Shown here: piece by piece, positions 1-9,098 of the stretch
Layout of the letters: each line of letters begins with the position of its first letter
Numbering within the stretch: the first letter of the stretch is position 1
Source of the DNA: an uncultured Holophagales bacterium
GTDB lineage: Bacteria; Acidobacteriota; Thermoanaerobaculia; Multivoradales; UBA5704
Assembly: GCA_963842525.1 (NCBI GenBank)
Contig: CAWJGT010000004.1
Span: forward strand, 160,001-224,000
Direction: 5' to 3'
Length of the DNA: 64,000 nucleotides
The notes under the pieces: generated by a model
Told to the model about the DNA's origin: nothing
What the model saw: only the letters and a program-made list of their open reading frames with translations
Databases searched by the model: none
Translations under genes and position numbers: made by a program

Positions 1-786
1 CAGCAGCTCGACTTCTTCTCGGTCCGCAGTTGGCACATCAATAACGGGGACTTTGAAGCAGTATTCAAGGTGGAAATGAACGGGCAGGCGACGATCAGCC
101 TAGGTGCGCAGAAGGATTTTCCTCACCTTAGCCAACTGACCGCCAATCCCGACGACGCCACGATCAAACCCGATTGCCTTACCGGCAAATGCACCGACGA
201 TAGCGCCGACAAAAACAAATTGGTCGCTGCGATCGTGCGGTTCGAAGGTCGTTGGCGGACGAGGCCGCTGCTGCGCTGCGAGAAGGCATGGATCCTCCCG
301 GTAGATTTCGACGAGAAGTCGCAGTCCGAGTTTCGACTCGCCGACTTGACAACCGTCCTGACCGGGCAGGCCCAACGCCCTCTCGCGACGGGTCTTGCGC
401 TCGAGACCGAGATCGAGACGCTTAAGGATCTCAGCCTCGTGATCCATGGTTCCACCCAGCAGCTTCAACTCACTGACCCAACAATGTGTCAGGCATGGCT
501 CGGTGTCGGTGTGTCGTCCTGTGTTGTGCTCGAGGTGGAAAACTGGCCGGAGGTCCCCATCGATGCCTCCTGCAATGTGGCCGATCCACCGTCCCATTGT
601 CGTGTTGACAAGCACTTCAAGATGTTCTACGACTTGATCGTGACCCCTCCTAAGGAAAACGAGCGCTGGCTGCCATACGTCGCGGCAGGTGTGGTGAAGT
701 GCCCGAACTCACCTGGGGCAGGGCAGCCGCCTGGAATCCGCTGCCCGCCAGCGTTCACTTGTGCGAAATCTCCTTGCAAACCATGA
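1..786 (+). CDS. Cys-rich hypothetical protein, 5'-truncated by window edge
   Basis: The frame of ORF 70..786 is open back to base 1. It has a Cys/Pro-rich C-terminus (CPPAFTCAKSPCKP), and its TGA overlaps the next ATG (ATGA at 783-786). Confidence 0.7.
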   Translation, partial: QQLDFFSVRSWHINNGDFEAVFKVEMNGQATISLGAQKDFPHLSQLTANPDDATIKPDCLTGKCTDDSADKNKLVAAIVRFEGRWRTRPLLRCEKAWILPVDFDEKSQSEFRLADLTTVLTGQAQRPLATGLALETEIETLKDLSLVIHGSTQQLQLTDPTMCQAWLGVGVSSCVVLEVENWPEVPIDASCNVADPPSHCRVDKHFKMFYDLIVTPPKENERWLPYVAAGVVKCPNSPGAGQPPGIRCPPAFTCAKSPCKP

Positions 787-2006
787 GGCCCATTATGAGT
801 CGAATCGCTGTGATTATGTTTCTGTTAGGGCTACCCGCCCTGATCGAACCACTCGCGGGCCAACAAGTTCCCCAGTCCGTGCCCTTACGACGTCAGTTGG
901 CCTCCGAGTGGTGCTGGGCCGCTAGCGCCCAGATGGCGATGGAAGCTCTCGGCGCCAACAGGGACGACGTGCGCCAGCGAATCCAGGCCGGACGGAGCTA
1001 CTTACCTGTCGAGAGGTGCGACTCTTTCGCCTGTAACTCTGGAGGAATTACCTTTCCGACGTGCGCCTTCGGTGGCTTCCCGCAGTTCTACAAGTTCGGC
1101 TTCGAGGCCGATGTCACCCCGCTCTATCGGCCTCTCAAATGGCTCGAGCTGTGGCAGGAGCTTCGCTGCCGTCCCGTCGTGTTCGCACGCGAGGATCTTG
1201 AGAATGGCCAACGGACCGGCACCGGTCACATGGTGGTGGCGACCTCGGCAGGGATCGCCGACGATGGCCCCTGGATTGCCGTCAAGGACCCAGGGCCACC
1301 GTGCGAGGGATCCATGCGCTCCGAGACATACGAGGAATACCTTGGGGGTAGCAGCAAGGCCCACTGGATCGACTACTACCATCTGCATAAAGCGGATATC
1401 CCCCTCGCCGAATGCGATCCACCTGAAGCGACACCATCCGTCTTCGAGATGCGCGAGAGCACTTCACCGGTCGAGCCGGTGGCGGGATTCATCGCGGCGA
1501 TCCAGAACAACTCCTGGATTCGAGCATCGGCTGGGCTGGCGGGAGACGGTGCGCTGAACTGCGACCTGGACTCTGCGATCTCCGAGAAGACAATTTCGAT
1601 TGCTAGTCTACGCAGTGCTGCGCCGGGGGTACCGCTCGATTCCCTCCTCGTTGACATAGGTCGGCAACGCTTCCTGTGCCGTAGCGGTGTCACTCAAAGC
1701 TTCTCGGTCGAGGTCGAACAACGACCGTCAGGGATGTGGCGAGTTGTGACTATTGGTGATATCCAACTTGCCAACCGGCTGAAAGCAATCCAGGACGACA
1801 AGCAGGCCGGGCAGCAGATTCAGGAGGTCTCGGTCCTAGGTCTCAACGTCCGTTTCGCCCGGCTGGTGGGCGATCCCCCGGGACTTGCGACCCCCCTTTC
1901 CTCGGTTCCCGGTTACGGTATCATGCCGGACTCCCAGGAAGAGGCAAGCCTTCTCGGGAAGCTGCGGACGGCCGCTGCGATCTTCCGTGCTACCGGCCCG
2001 ACCTAG
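783..2006 (+). CDS. Secreted papain-fold cysteine protease (C39-like/AvrRpt2-like) with unknown C-terminal domain
   Basis: Signal-peptide-like N-terminus (MSRIAVIMFLLGLPALIEPLAG). QLASEWCWAAS (Gln...Cys), GHMVV (His) and VKDP (Asp) give the papain-like triad order. Confidence 0.7.
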   Translation: MRPIMSRIAVIMFLLGLPALIEPLAGQQVPQSVPLRRQLASEWCWAASAQMAMEALGANRDDVRQRIQAGRSYLPVERCDSFACNSGGITFPTCAFGGFPQFYKFGFEADVTPLYRPLKWLELWQELRCRPVVFAREDLENGQRTGTGHMVVATSAGIADDGPWIAVKDPGPPCEGSMRSETYEEYLGGSSKAHWIDYYHLHKADIPLAECDPPEATPSVFEMRESTSPVEPVAGFIAAIQNNSWIRASAGLAGDGALNCDLDSAISEKTISIASLRSAAPGVPLDSLLVDIGRQRFLCRSGVTQSFSVEVEQRPSGMWRVVTIGDIQLANRLKAIQDDKQAGQQIQEVSVLGLNVRFARLVGDPPGLATPLSSVPGYGIMPDSQEEASLLGKLRTAAAIFRATGPT

Positions 2007-2189
2007 TACTGGAAGAGGTGCCGTCCGCCCTGGCCTGGAGGAGTCCAGGGCAGGGCAGAGGTGCCAGCTGATTATTCGGATTATTCGGTAGCAAACGGTT
2101 CGTCGCCAGCGATCGATCCAAGCTCTCGGGCCACGTGGTGCGCTGCGGGCCTGAGCCAATCTCCTTGATCTGCCGAGCGGTGCGAGGAG

Positions 2190-2615
2190 CTAGCCGCGGG
2201 GCTCGGCGATGTATTCGAGCCCCCAGATACGGAGCAGCTCCCGGCAGCCGTCGTCGAATTCGTGCGAAAAGTCGACGAACTGGCGGAGGTCGAGGGTCCA
2301 AGAAAGCCTCTGGTATTCGCAGGGTTTGGACAGAACCGGGATAATGCGGGCGTCGTAACGAGTCTCGCGTAGGGCGTAGAGGAGCTCCCTCCGCACCCAC
2401 ATCGATTCGATGGATGCGGGAGACAGGATCACCAGGAACCAGTCGCAACGCGCGAGGGCCGCGCCGATCTCGTCGTGCCACTGCTGACCACCTCGGATGT
2501 TCCTGCGGCTGAACCAGTAAGGAATGCCGTGCCTCTCGAGCACGCGTCCGATCTCGGACGCGAAGTCCCGATCCACATCGGAGTACGAGAGAAACAGCTC
2601 AGCGGGAACCGGCAC
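2190..2615 (-). CDS. Stand-alone TIR domain protein (TIR_2), catalytic Glu present
   Basis: LFLSYS, IRGGQQWHDEIGAAL, FLVILSPASIESMWVRRE and IIPV are hallmark bacterial TIR motifs. Confidence 0.9.
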   Translation of the reverse strand: MPVPAELFLSYSDVDRDFASEIGRVLERHGIPYWFSRRNIRGGQQWHDEIGAALARCDWFLVILSPASIESMWVRRELLYALRETRYDARIIPVLSKPCEYQRLSWTLDLRQFVDFSHEFDDGCRELLRIWGLEYIAEPRG

Positions 2616-3018
2616 TCGCGCGCGCGCCCTGAGGCACCGGCGGCTGCCTCAGCCGGTCGGAGATCTGCCCGGCCACCTCGGCCGGGGTTCCCTGGGACCA
2701 TTTCAAGCGGCGGAGTATCCAAGGGATCTTGTCGCTGGGTTGCAGCAGGACAGGGATGAGACGGTCTCGGAACCGTTCGGAGCCGAGGGCGTACTGCACG
2801 TCCCGCCCGACAGAATCCGCTTCGGCGGCGGCGGGCGAGAGCAGGACAACCATTGCATCCGCATCTCGGAGGGCCTCACCGGCTTCAAGATACCAGTTGT
2901 CACCGGGGAACAAGCTCATCGCATCCAGCCAGACTTCGAAGGCAGCCCCAACAAGCTCCCGATAGAGTTTCTCCGCCCACTCCCGATCTGCTGAGGCGTA
3001 ACTGATAAAGACTTTCAT
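2599..3018 (-). CDS. Stand-alone TIR domain protein (TIR_2), Asp at catalytic Glu position
   Basis: VFISYA, VWLD, PGDNW, MVVLLSP, SVGRDVQYAL and LIPVLL. Overlaps the downstream TIR gene by 17 bp. Confidence 0.9.
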   Translation of the reverse strand: MKVFISYASADREWAEKLYRELVGAAFEVWLDAMSLFPGDNWYLEAGEALRDADAMVVLLSPAAAEADSVGRDVQYALGSERFRDRLIPVLLQPSDKIPWILRRLKWSQGTPAEVAGQISDRLRQPPVPQGARASAGSR

Positions 3019-3048
3019 GGCATCAGTCTACACGACATCCTTCGGGCC

Positions 3049-6000
3049 TCAAAGCCCCCCACCCGCCTTCCGTGCGATCAGCCCATACCCCAGCGCCTGG
3101 GCCTCCTGCGCGAGGGCGGCGAGCTGCGGGGTGCTGGCTGTGCCGGCGAGTTGCGCCAAGGCGAGCCTCGCCTCGAGCTGCAGGTCAAGCAGGCCGGCCT
3201 GGGTGGCCTGGGCCTGGATGGCCTGGAGCGCCGCCGCGGGGTTGGCGGTCCGGCGCAGGCGGGCGGCGGCGAGGTCCACGGTCAGGCGGGCGCGCAGGTT
3301 CTGGCTGTTGCCCACCAGGATGGCGGCGCGGTCGATCGCCGCCCGGGCTCCGGCGGCATCGCCGCGCGCCGAGGCGGCGAGAGCGGCCGTGGCCAGGGCA
3401 AGCGCCTCGCCGTCGGCGTCTCCCTGGCGGGCGAGCTCTCCGGCGGCGGCGCGGGCCTCCTGTTCGGCGCGGACCGGGTCGCCGGCGTCGAGCAACAGCG
3501 CGGCGAGGGCCTGCCGGCTCTCGGCCGCCTTGTCTCTTTCGCCCAGGGCCGTCCGCAGGGCGAGAGCCGCCTCGTGGCGCCGGCGCGCCTCGACCAGGTT
3601 CCCCTCGCGGGCCAGCACCTCGCCCACCCCGAAGAGGGCGTAGGCCGACGCGCTCTTGCTGCCGATCTGCCGGCAGAGCGCCGTCGAGGTCTGGAACTGT
3701 TTGCGGGCGGCCGCCAGCTCCCCCTGTTCCAGGAGGACCGCTCCGAGGTTGTTGAGCGTGGCGACCTCGCCGATCTTCTGGCCGATGTCGCGCCGGATGC
3801 GGAGCGACTCTTCATGCCGCCGGCGCGCACCCGCGAGGTCCCCCCGCTTGCGCAGCACCGCGCCGATGTTGTCCAGGGCGTAGGCTTCGCCGCTCCGGTC
3901 CCCCTGCTCGCGCTGAAGGGCGAGGGCCTGCTCGAAGAGCTTGCCGGCCTCCGCGAGGTCGCTGCGCCGGAAGAGGACGCCCGCCAGGTTGTTGAGCGCC
4001 TGCGCCTCGCCGCTCTTGCTGCCGATCTCGCGGCAGATCGCGAGCACCTCCTGGTAGAGCTGGCGCGCCCGGTCGAGGTCTCCCCGGCTCTTGAGCACGA
4101 TGGCGATGTTGTTGAGCGCAACGGCTTCGGCTCCCCGGCTGCCGATCTCCCGGTAGGTCGCCAGCGCCTGCTCGTAGCGGCCGAGGGCTGAGTCCAGGTC
4201 GCCGCGGTCGTAGAGGACATTGGCGGCGTGCGTCTGGGCCTCCGCTTCTCCGGCCCGGTCGCCGACATCTGCATAGAGCCGCTGGCCCTCCTCGCAGGCG
4301 GCCAGCGCCTCTTGGGCCTGCCCGAGGTTGCGCAACGCCCGGCACTCCATGAGCCGGGCCTGCGCCACCATCAGCGGCGCGCCCTGGGCCTTGCCCTTGG
4401 CGGCGGCGCGGGCCGCCGCGTCCCGCTGCCGTCCGAAGTTGGCGCGGACCCCGGCCGCCGTGGCCTCGGCGAGGTCGATGCCCGGGTCCTCCCCCGAGGG
4501 GGGTGGCAGGGCGCGCAGGGCCGCGGCCGTGGCCAGCGCCTCGTCCGCTTGTCCCGCCATCGTCTGGGTCTTGGCGAGGCGGAGGCCATAGTCGAGGTTG
4601 TCCGGGAACAGCGACCAGAGGCTCCAATAGATCTCGGTCGCGCGGTCCCAGTCCTGGACGGTCTCGAGATACCGTCCCTCGATCAGCAGCCGCTCCTCCT
4701 GGGGCAGCCCGTCGGCGAGGTCGAAGGCCCGCTTCGCCTCCTCGCGCGCCTTGCCGTCGAAGCCCAGGGCGGTCCAGGCCGTGGAGAGCGCCCGATGGAT
4801 GAGGGCGTTGCCGGGCTCGGCCGCGGATGCCCGCGCCAGCAGGTCGCGCGCGCCCATCGGGTCGAACAGCCGCAGCTTCTGAAGCCCTTCCGCATAGAGC
4901 CGGGCGGCCTGGGGATTCTCGGGCAGGGCGGCGCGGGCCGGTTGCGCCGCAGCCTCGGCGGTCACCCCCAGAGCCTTGCGCAGGCGCTCGCCGACCCGGG
5001 AGACCAGGTCGAAGAGCTGCGCCTCGCTGCCGGACTCGGCCACGGTCGCGGTGGTCTCGCCCCGCGCCGCGTCCTGGAGCCGGAGATCGAGCCGGATCGT
5101 CCGCCCCTGCGGGCCCGCCAGCGTGGCGTACGAGCCCACCACCACGGCGTCGGTGCCGAGCAGGCTGCGCAGGCGCGCCAGCGTCTCGCGCCCAAGGCTG
5201 TCGGCGTCGCCGAGATGGAGCTCCACCTTGGCGCGCGCCACGTTCTCGCCCGCGATGATCCGCAGCTTGCCGCCGGACCCCAGCTCCGTCGACAGCATCT
5301 CGGCGAGCCCTGCGGATAGCCACTCGGTCCCCGGAGTGCCGGAGAGGTTGCGGAAGCCGAGGACCGCCACCGACCGCCGCGGGGTAATCCGTTCGGTCAA
5401 CAGCGCCAGCCTCTGCCCCGGCTCGAGCTGTTTCTGCCGCCACTGCCCATAGCGGACCCAGCCCACCGCGGCGGCGGCGGTGACGAGGCCAGCGAGCAGA
5501 AGAATCTGGAGCCGGCGCCTCCCGGCTCCGGAGGACGCACGGGAGGGCGCCGGAACGGTTGGCGCGGGCGCGGCGGGTGGAGGCGGCTGGAAGGCCGGCG
5601 TCTCCCCCTGGGAGGCCAGTGTGATGGCGTCGATCGCATCCAGGACGGACCGGAAGCGGCCCGCCGGCTCGCGCGCGAGGCAGCAGAGGATCGCCGACTC
5701 CCACCGTTTGCCCAGGTCCGGCACATGGACGCGCGGCGAAGGCGGCGCCTCCTGGAGCCGCTTGACCGCGGTCGAGAGCGCCGTATCGCCGAGGAAGGGG
5801 ACCTTGCCGGTCAGCATCTCGTAGAGGACGATGCCGAAGGCATAGATATCGACCGCCGGGGTGATCTCCTTGCCCTCGATCTGCTCGGGAGCGAGGTAGG
5901 CGGGAGTGCCGACCACGCCGGCGTGAGCGGTGAGGGTGAGCCCCCGGTCGTCCGATCCGCTCTCCAGCCGGGCGAGCCCGAAGTCGGTCACCACGGCGCG

Positions 6001-6789
6001 GAGCCCGCCGCGCCCCTCGGCCAGCACCACGTTGCCGGGCTTGAGATCGCGATGGACCACGCCGACCTGGTGGGCCGCGTGGAGCGCGCTCGCGACCTGG
6101 CGGGCGATGGGAAGCGCTTCCTCCGGCCGCATCGGGCCGCCGCGCCGCAGCCGCTCGGCCAGCGTCTCGCCCGGCAGCAGCTCCATGGTGAGGAAGATCG
6201 TCTCCTCGCCGCCACCCTCCGGGCGGTGGTAGGAGACGTCGAAGATCCGGCAGACGTTGGGATGCGTGACCTTGCGGGCGAGCTGGATCTCACGCCGGAA
6301 GCGTTCGACCGCCGTCTCGTCCCGGCCCACCTCGGAGCGCACCATCTTCAAGGCGACGCGTTCCTTGAGCTCGAGGTCGTCCACCTCGTAGACCTCGCCC
6401 ATGCCGCCGCGGGCGATGAACCGCACCACGAGGTAACGGCCGCCGACCCGCTCACCCGGCGCGAAGGCCGGCTTCTGCTCGCGCCGCGGAGCAGACGCCG
6501 GGCCGGGCTGCGTCGCGCTCGGGAGGGGACTGGTGAGCTGGTCGGTGAGGCTCACCCGGGTCGCGCTCTGCACCGGCATGCCCACCAGCGTCGGCGGGGG
6601 AGGGGCGCCCACCATCGTCACCTGGCTCGGGTCCGCGCCCGGGCGCCGCACTCCGAACGCCGTCCGGCACGACGCGCACTGGATGCGCAGGCGCGGCGGT
6701 GTCTCCGCATTGACCAGGAAACGGAGCTTCTGGCCGCAACCCGGGCAGGTGACGGTGAACGGGGAGGGGGTTGCCGAAAGCTGGCTCAT
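3049..6789 (-). CDS. Ser/Thr protein kinase with N-terminal zinc ribbon, TM segment, TolB-N-like domain and TPR array
   Basis: CPGC...CASC zinc ribbon; IARGGMGEV, VALK, HRDLKPGN, DFG and APE kinase motifs; TM helix; RRSVAVLGFRNL; repeated ALNNLA-type TPRs. Start placed at MSQLSATP. Confidence 0.92.
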   Translation of the reverse strand: MSQLSATPSPFTVTCPGCGQKLRFLVNAETPPRLRIQCASCRTAFGVRRPGADPSQVTMVGAPPPPTLVGMPVQSATRVSLTDQLTSPLPSATQPGPASAPRREQKPAFAPGERVGGRYLVVRFIARGGMGEVYEVDDLELKERVALKMVRSEVGRDETAVERFRREIQLARKVTHPNVCRIFDVSYHRPEGGGEETIFLTMELLPGETLAERLRRGGPMRPEEALPIARQVASALHAAHQVGVVHRDLKPGNVVLAEGRGGLRAVVTDFGLARLESGSDDRGLTLTAHAGVVGTPAYLAPEQIEGKEITPAVDIYAFGIVLYEMLTGKVPFLGDTALSTAVKRLQEAPPSPRVHVPDLGKRWESAILCCLAREPAGRFRSVLDAIDAITLASQGETPAFQPPPPAAPAPTVPAPSRASSGAGRRRLQILLLAGLVTAAAAVGWVRYGQWRQKQLEPGQRLALLTERITPRRSVAVLGFRNLSGTPGTEWLSAGLAEMLSTELGSGGKLRIIAGENVARAKVELHLGDADSLGRETLARLRSLLGTDAVVVGSYATLAGPQGRTIRLDLRLQDAARGETTATVAESGSEAQLFDLVSRVGERLRKALGVTAEAAAQPARAALPENPQAARLYAEGLQKLRLFDPMGARDLLARASAAEPGNALIHRALSTAWTALGFDGKAREEAKRAFDLADGLPQEERLLIEGRYLETVQDWDRATEIYWSLWSLFPDNLDYGLRLAKTQTMAGQADEALATAAALRALPPPSGEDPGIDLAEATAAGVRANFGRQRDAAARAAAKGKAQGAPLMVAQARLMECRALRNLGQAQEALAACEEGQRLYADVGDRAGEAEAQTHAANVLYDRGDLDSALGRYEQALATYREIGSRGAEAVALNNIAIVLKSRGDLDRARQLYQEVLAICREIGSKSGEAQALNNLAGVLFRRSDLAEAGKLFEQALALQREQGDRSGEAYALDNIGAVLRKRGDLAGARRRHEESLRIRRDIGQKIGEVATLNNLGAVLLEQGELAAARKQFQTSTALCRQIGSKSASAYALFGVGEVLAREGNLVEARRRHEAALALRTALGERDKAAESRQALAALLLDAGDPVRAEQEARAAAGELARQGDADGEALALATAALAASARGDAAGARAAIDRAAILVGNSQNLRARLTVDLAAARLRRTANPAAALQAIQAQATQAGLLDLQLEARLALAQLAGTASTPQLAALAQEAQALGYGLIARKAGGGL

Positions 6790-6879
6790 CGGAGTATACG
6801 GGCGTTTCCTCGCCTCGGGACCGGCGCGATTCCTCACCTATCGCTGGAAAACAGGGCGATTCTACCCCATCCGCCCTGA

Positions 6880-7121
6880 ACCTCACCCCCTGGCCCCCTC
6901 TCCCATCGCCCCCCACCGACCGGGAGAGGGGGGACGCAGGCGGAGCGTTCGAGGCAAGGTCGATCCGATATCGCCTCAGACAGGCCAGAGGGCGCAGCAT
7001 GCTGGGCCTGCCAATCTCTCCGTAACACACACCCTACCCCGTCCGCCGTACATGGCCTCCTCTACGTCCCCCCTCTCCCGGGGGCAGGGGGGGGATGGGA
7101 GAGGGGGACAGGGGGTGAGGT
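6880..7121. repeat. Inverted doublet of a CCTCACCCCC/CTCTCCC...GGGAGAGG REP-like element
   Basis: 6880-6936 is nearly the reverse complement of 7065-7121, with ~128 bp between them. A related copy lies at 50733-50801. Confidence 0.8.
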
Positions 7122-7196
7122 CACTTGCCGCCCGGGGCCGCTTTTGGCAGGATGGCGGCGCCCGATGGGGCTTACCTTCCGAGAAGGAGTTGGAGA

Positions 7197-8810
7197 ATGG
7201 AGAGGAAAGAGAGGATCCGGTGGACGTGCGCCCTCCTGGCCGTCTGCCTCGTTGCCGTCCCGCTGGCAGCCCAGAAGGACCAGTCGATCCCGCCCGCGCC
7301 GCCCCGCGCGGAAGGCGACGGCCCCTACAACCGCCTGATCCTGCGCGGCGTTACCGTCATCGACGGCACCGGCGCCCCTCCCATGGGTCCGGTCGACATC
7401 GTCATCGCGAAGAACCGGATCGCGGAGATCGTGCTGGTGGGCAACCCAGGCCTGCCCATCGACCCCGAAGAACGGCCCAAGGCCGAGAAGGAGAAGGGAG
7501 ACCGGGAGATCGATCTCCAGGGCATGTACGCCCTGCCGGGGTTCGTCGACATGCACGGGCACATCGGCGGCAAGGAGCAGGGCACCCCGGCCGAATACGT
7601 CTACAAGCTGTGGCTGGGCCACGGCATCACCACCGTCCGCGACCCGGGCAGCGGCAACGGCCTGGCCTGGGTCCTCGACCAGAAGGCCAGGAGCGCCAGG
7701 AACGAGATCACCGCGCCGCGCATCGAGGCCTATGTCTTCTTCGGCCAGGGCCGGGACGAGCCCTTCGTCAAAGCCGACGAGGCGCGCCAGTGGGTCGACC
7801 AGGTGGCCGCCAAAGGCGCCGACGGCATCAAGTTCTTCGGCAACCCGCCGGAGATCCTGCAGGCGGCCCTGGACGAGGCGAAGAAGAAGGGCCTCCGCTC
7901 GGCCTGCCACCACGCGCAGCTCTACGTCACGCGGGTCAACGTCCTCGACTCCGCCCGCTGGGGACTGACGACCATGGAGCACTGGTACGGCCTGCCGGAG
8001 GCGCTGTTCGCCGACCGCACCGTCCAGGACTATCCGCTCGACTACAACTACGCCGACGAGTCCCACCGCTTCGGCGAGGCCGGCCGTCTCTGGAGCCAGG
8101 CCGCGCCGCCCGGCTCGGAGAAGTGGAACCAGGTGATCGACGAGCTCCTCAAGCTCGACTTCACCCTCGACCCGACCCTGACGATCTACGAGGCGAGCCG
8201 CGACCTCATGCGGGCGCGCCGCGCCGAATGGCACGAGCAGTACACCCTCCCCTCGCTCTGGGACTTCTACGCCCCCAGCCGCCAGTCCCACGGCTCCTAC
8301 TGGTTCAACTGGACCTCCGAGAACGAGGTGGACTGGAGGGAGAACTATCGTCTCTGGATGACCTTCCTGAACGAGTACAAGAACCGCGGCGGCCGGGTGA
8401 CCACCGGCTCGGACAGCGGCTACATCTACAAGCTCTACGGCTTCGACTACATCCGCGAGTTCGAGCTGCTGCGCGAGGCCGGCTTCCACCCGCTGGAAGT
8501 GATCCGTTCCGCGACCCTCAACGGCGCCCAGGCCCTGGGCCTCGACAAGGAGATCGGCTCGATCGAGCCCGGCAAGCTGGCCGACCTCGTCATCGTCGAG
8601 GAGAGCCCGATCCAGGACCTCAAGGTCCTCTACGGCACCGGGACCATCCGGGTCACCCCGGACAACAAAGTCGTCCGCGTCGGCGGCGTCAAATACACGG
8701 TCAAGGATGGGGTCATCTACGATGCCAAGAAGCTGCTAGAGGACGTGCGGAAGATCGTCGCGGAGGCGAAGCAGAAGTCGGGCAAGCAGATCGTGCAGCC
8801 GGGGATGTAA
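7197..8810 (+). CDS. Secreted metal-dependent amidohydrolase
   Basis: Signal peptide; LPGFVDMHGH (HxH), GITTVRDPG, TGSD and GSIEPGKLADLVIV motifs. Confidence 0.9.
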   Translation: MERKERIRWTCALLAVCLVAVPLAAQKDQSIPPAPPRAEGDGPYNRLILRGVTVIDGTGAPPMGPVDIVIAKNRIAEIVLVGNPGLPIDPEERPKAEKEKGDREIDLQGMYALPGFVDMHGHIGGKEQGTPAEYVYKLWLGHGITTVRDPGSGNGLAWVLDQKARSARNEITAPRIEAYVFFGQGRDEPFVKADEARQWVDQVAAKGADGIKFFGNPPEILQAALDEAKKKGLRSACHHAQLYVTRVNVLDSARWGLTTMEHWYGLPEALFADRTVQDYPLDYNYADESHRFGEAGRLWSQAAPPGSEKWNQVIDELLKLDFTLDPTLTIYEASRDLMRARRAEWHEQYTLPSLWDFYAPSRQSHGSYWFNWTSENEVDWRENYRLWMTFLNEYKNRGGRVTTGSDSGYIYKLYGFDYIREFELLREAGFHPLEVIRSATLNGAQALGLDKEIGSIEPGKLADLVIVEESPIQDLKVLYGTGTIRVTPDNKVVRVGGVKYTVKDGVIYDAKKLLEDVRKIVAEAKQKSGKQIVQPGM

Positions 8811-8832
8811 GGGACTCCAGCGGCTAACGAGG

Positions 8833-9066
8833 ATGGAGCGGATCCCTCTGAAGTCATTGCATCCTGAGGCGTCGCTGAGTCAGCCGAAGCTGGCGACGTT
8901 CAGAAAGCTGACGACCGATAAGCTGACTGCATCCCTGCGACCTGGAGAGCCTGGGGCGCTCAAAGTCAGGCCAGATGGTACGATGATGGATGGGCATCAC
9001 AGGGTCTACGTTCTCCGGGTAAAAGCTGAGGGCCCGGTATTAGGGCAGCGCGTTCGTCGGATCTGA
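8833..9066 (+). CDS. Small ParB/Srx-like domain protein, possibly a C-terminally truncated remnant
   Basis: ALKVRPDGTMMDGHHRVYVLR matches the ParB-N (DGHHR) motif; only 77 aa. Confidence 0.5.
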   Translation: MERIPLKSLHPEASLSQPKLATFRKLTTDKLTASLRPGEPGALKVRPDGTMMDGHHRVYVLRVKAEGPVLGQRVRRI

Positions 9067-9098
9067 GCCAAGGATAGCGGTGCTATGCTCCCGCCCCG

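Noticed and set aside
2190-3018. Canonical Thoeris system
   Set aside because: No ThsA-type effector (SIR2-SLOG, TM-Macro etc.) is adjacent.
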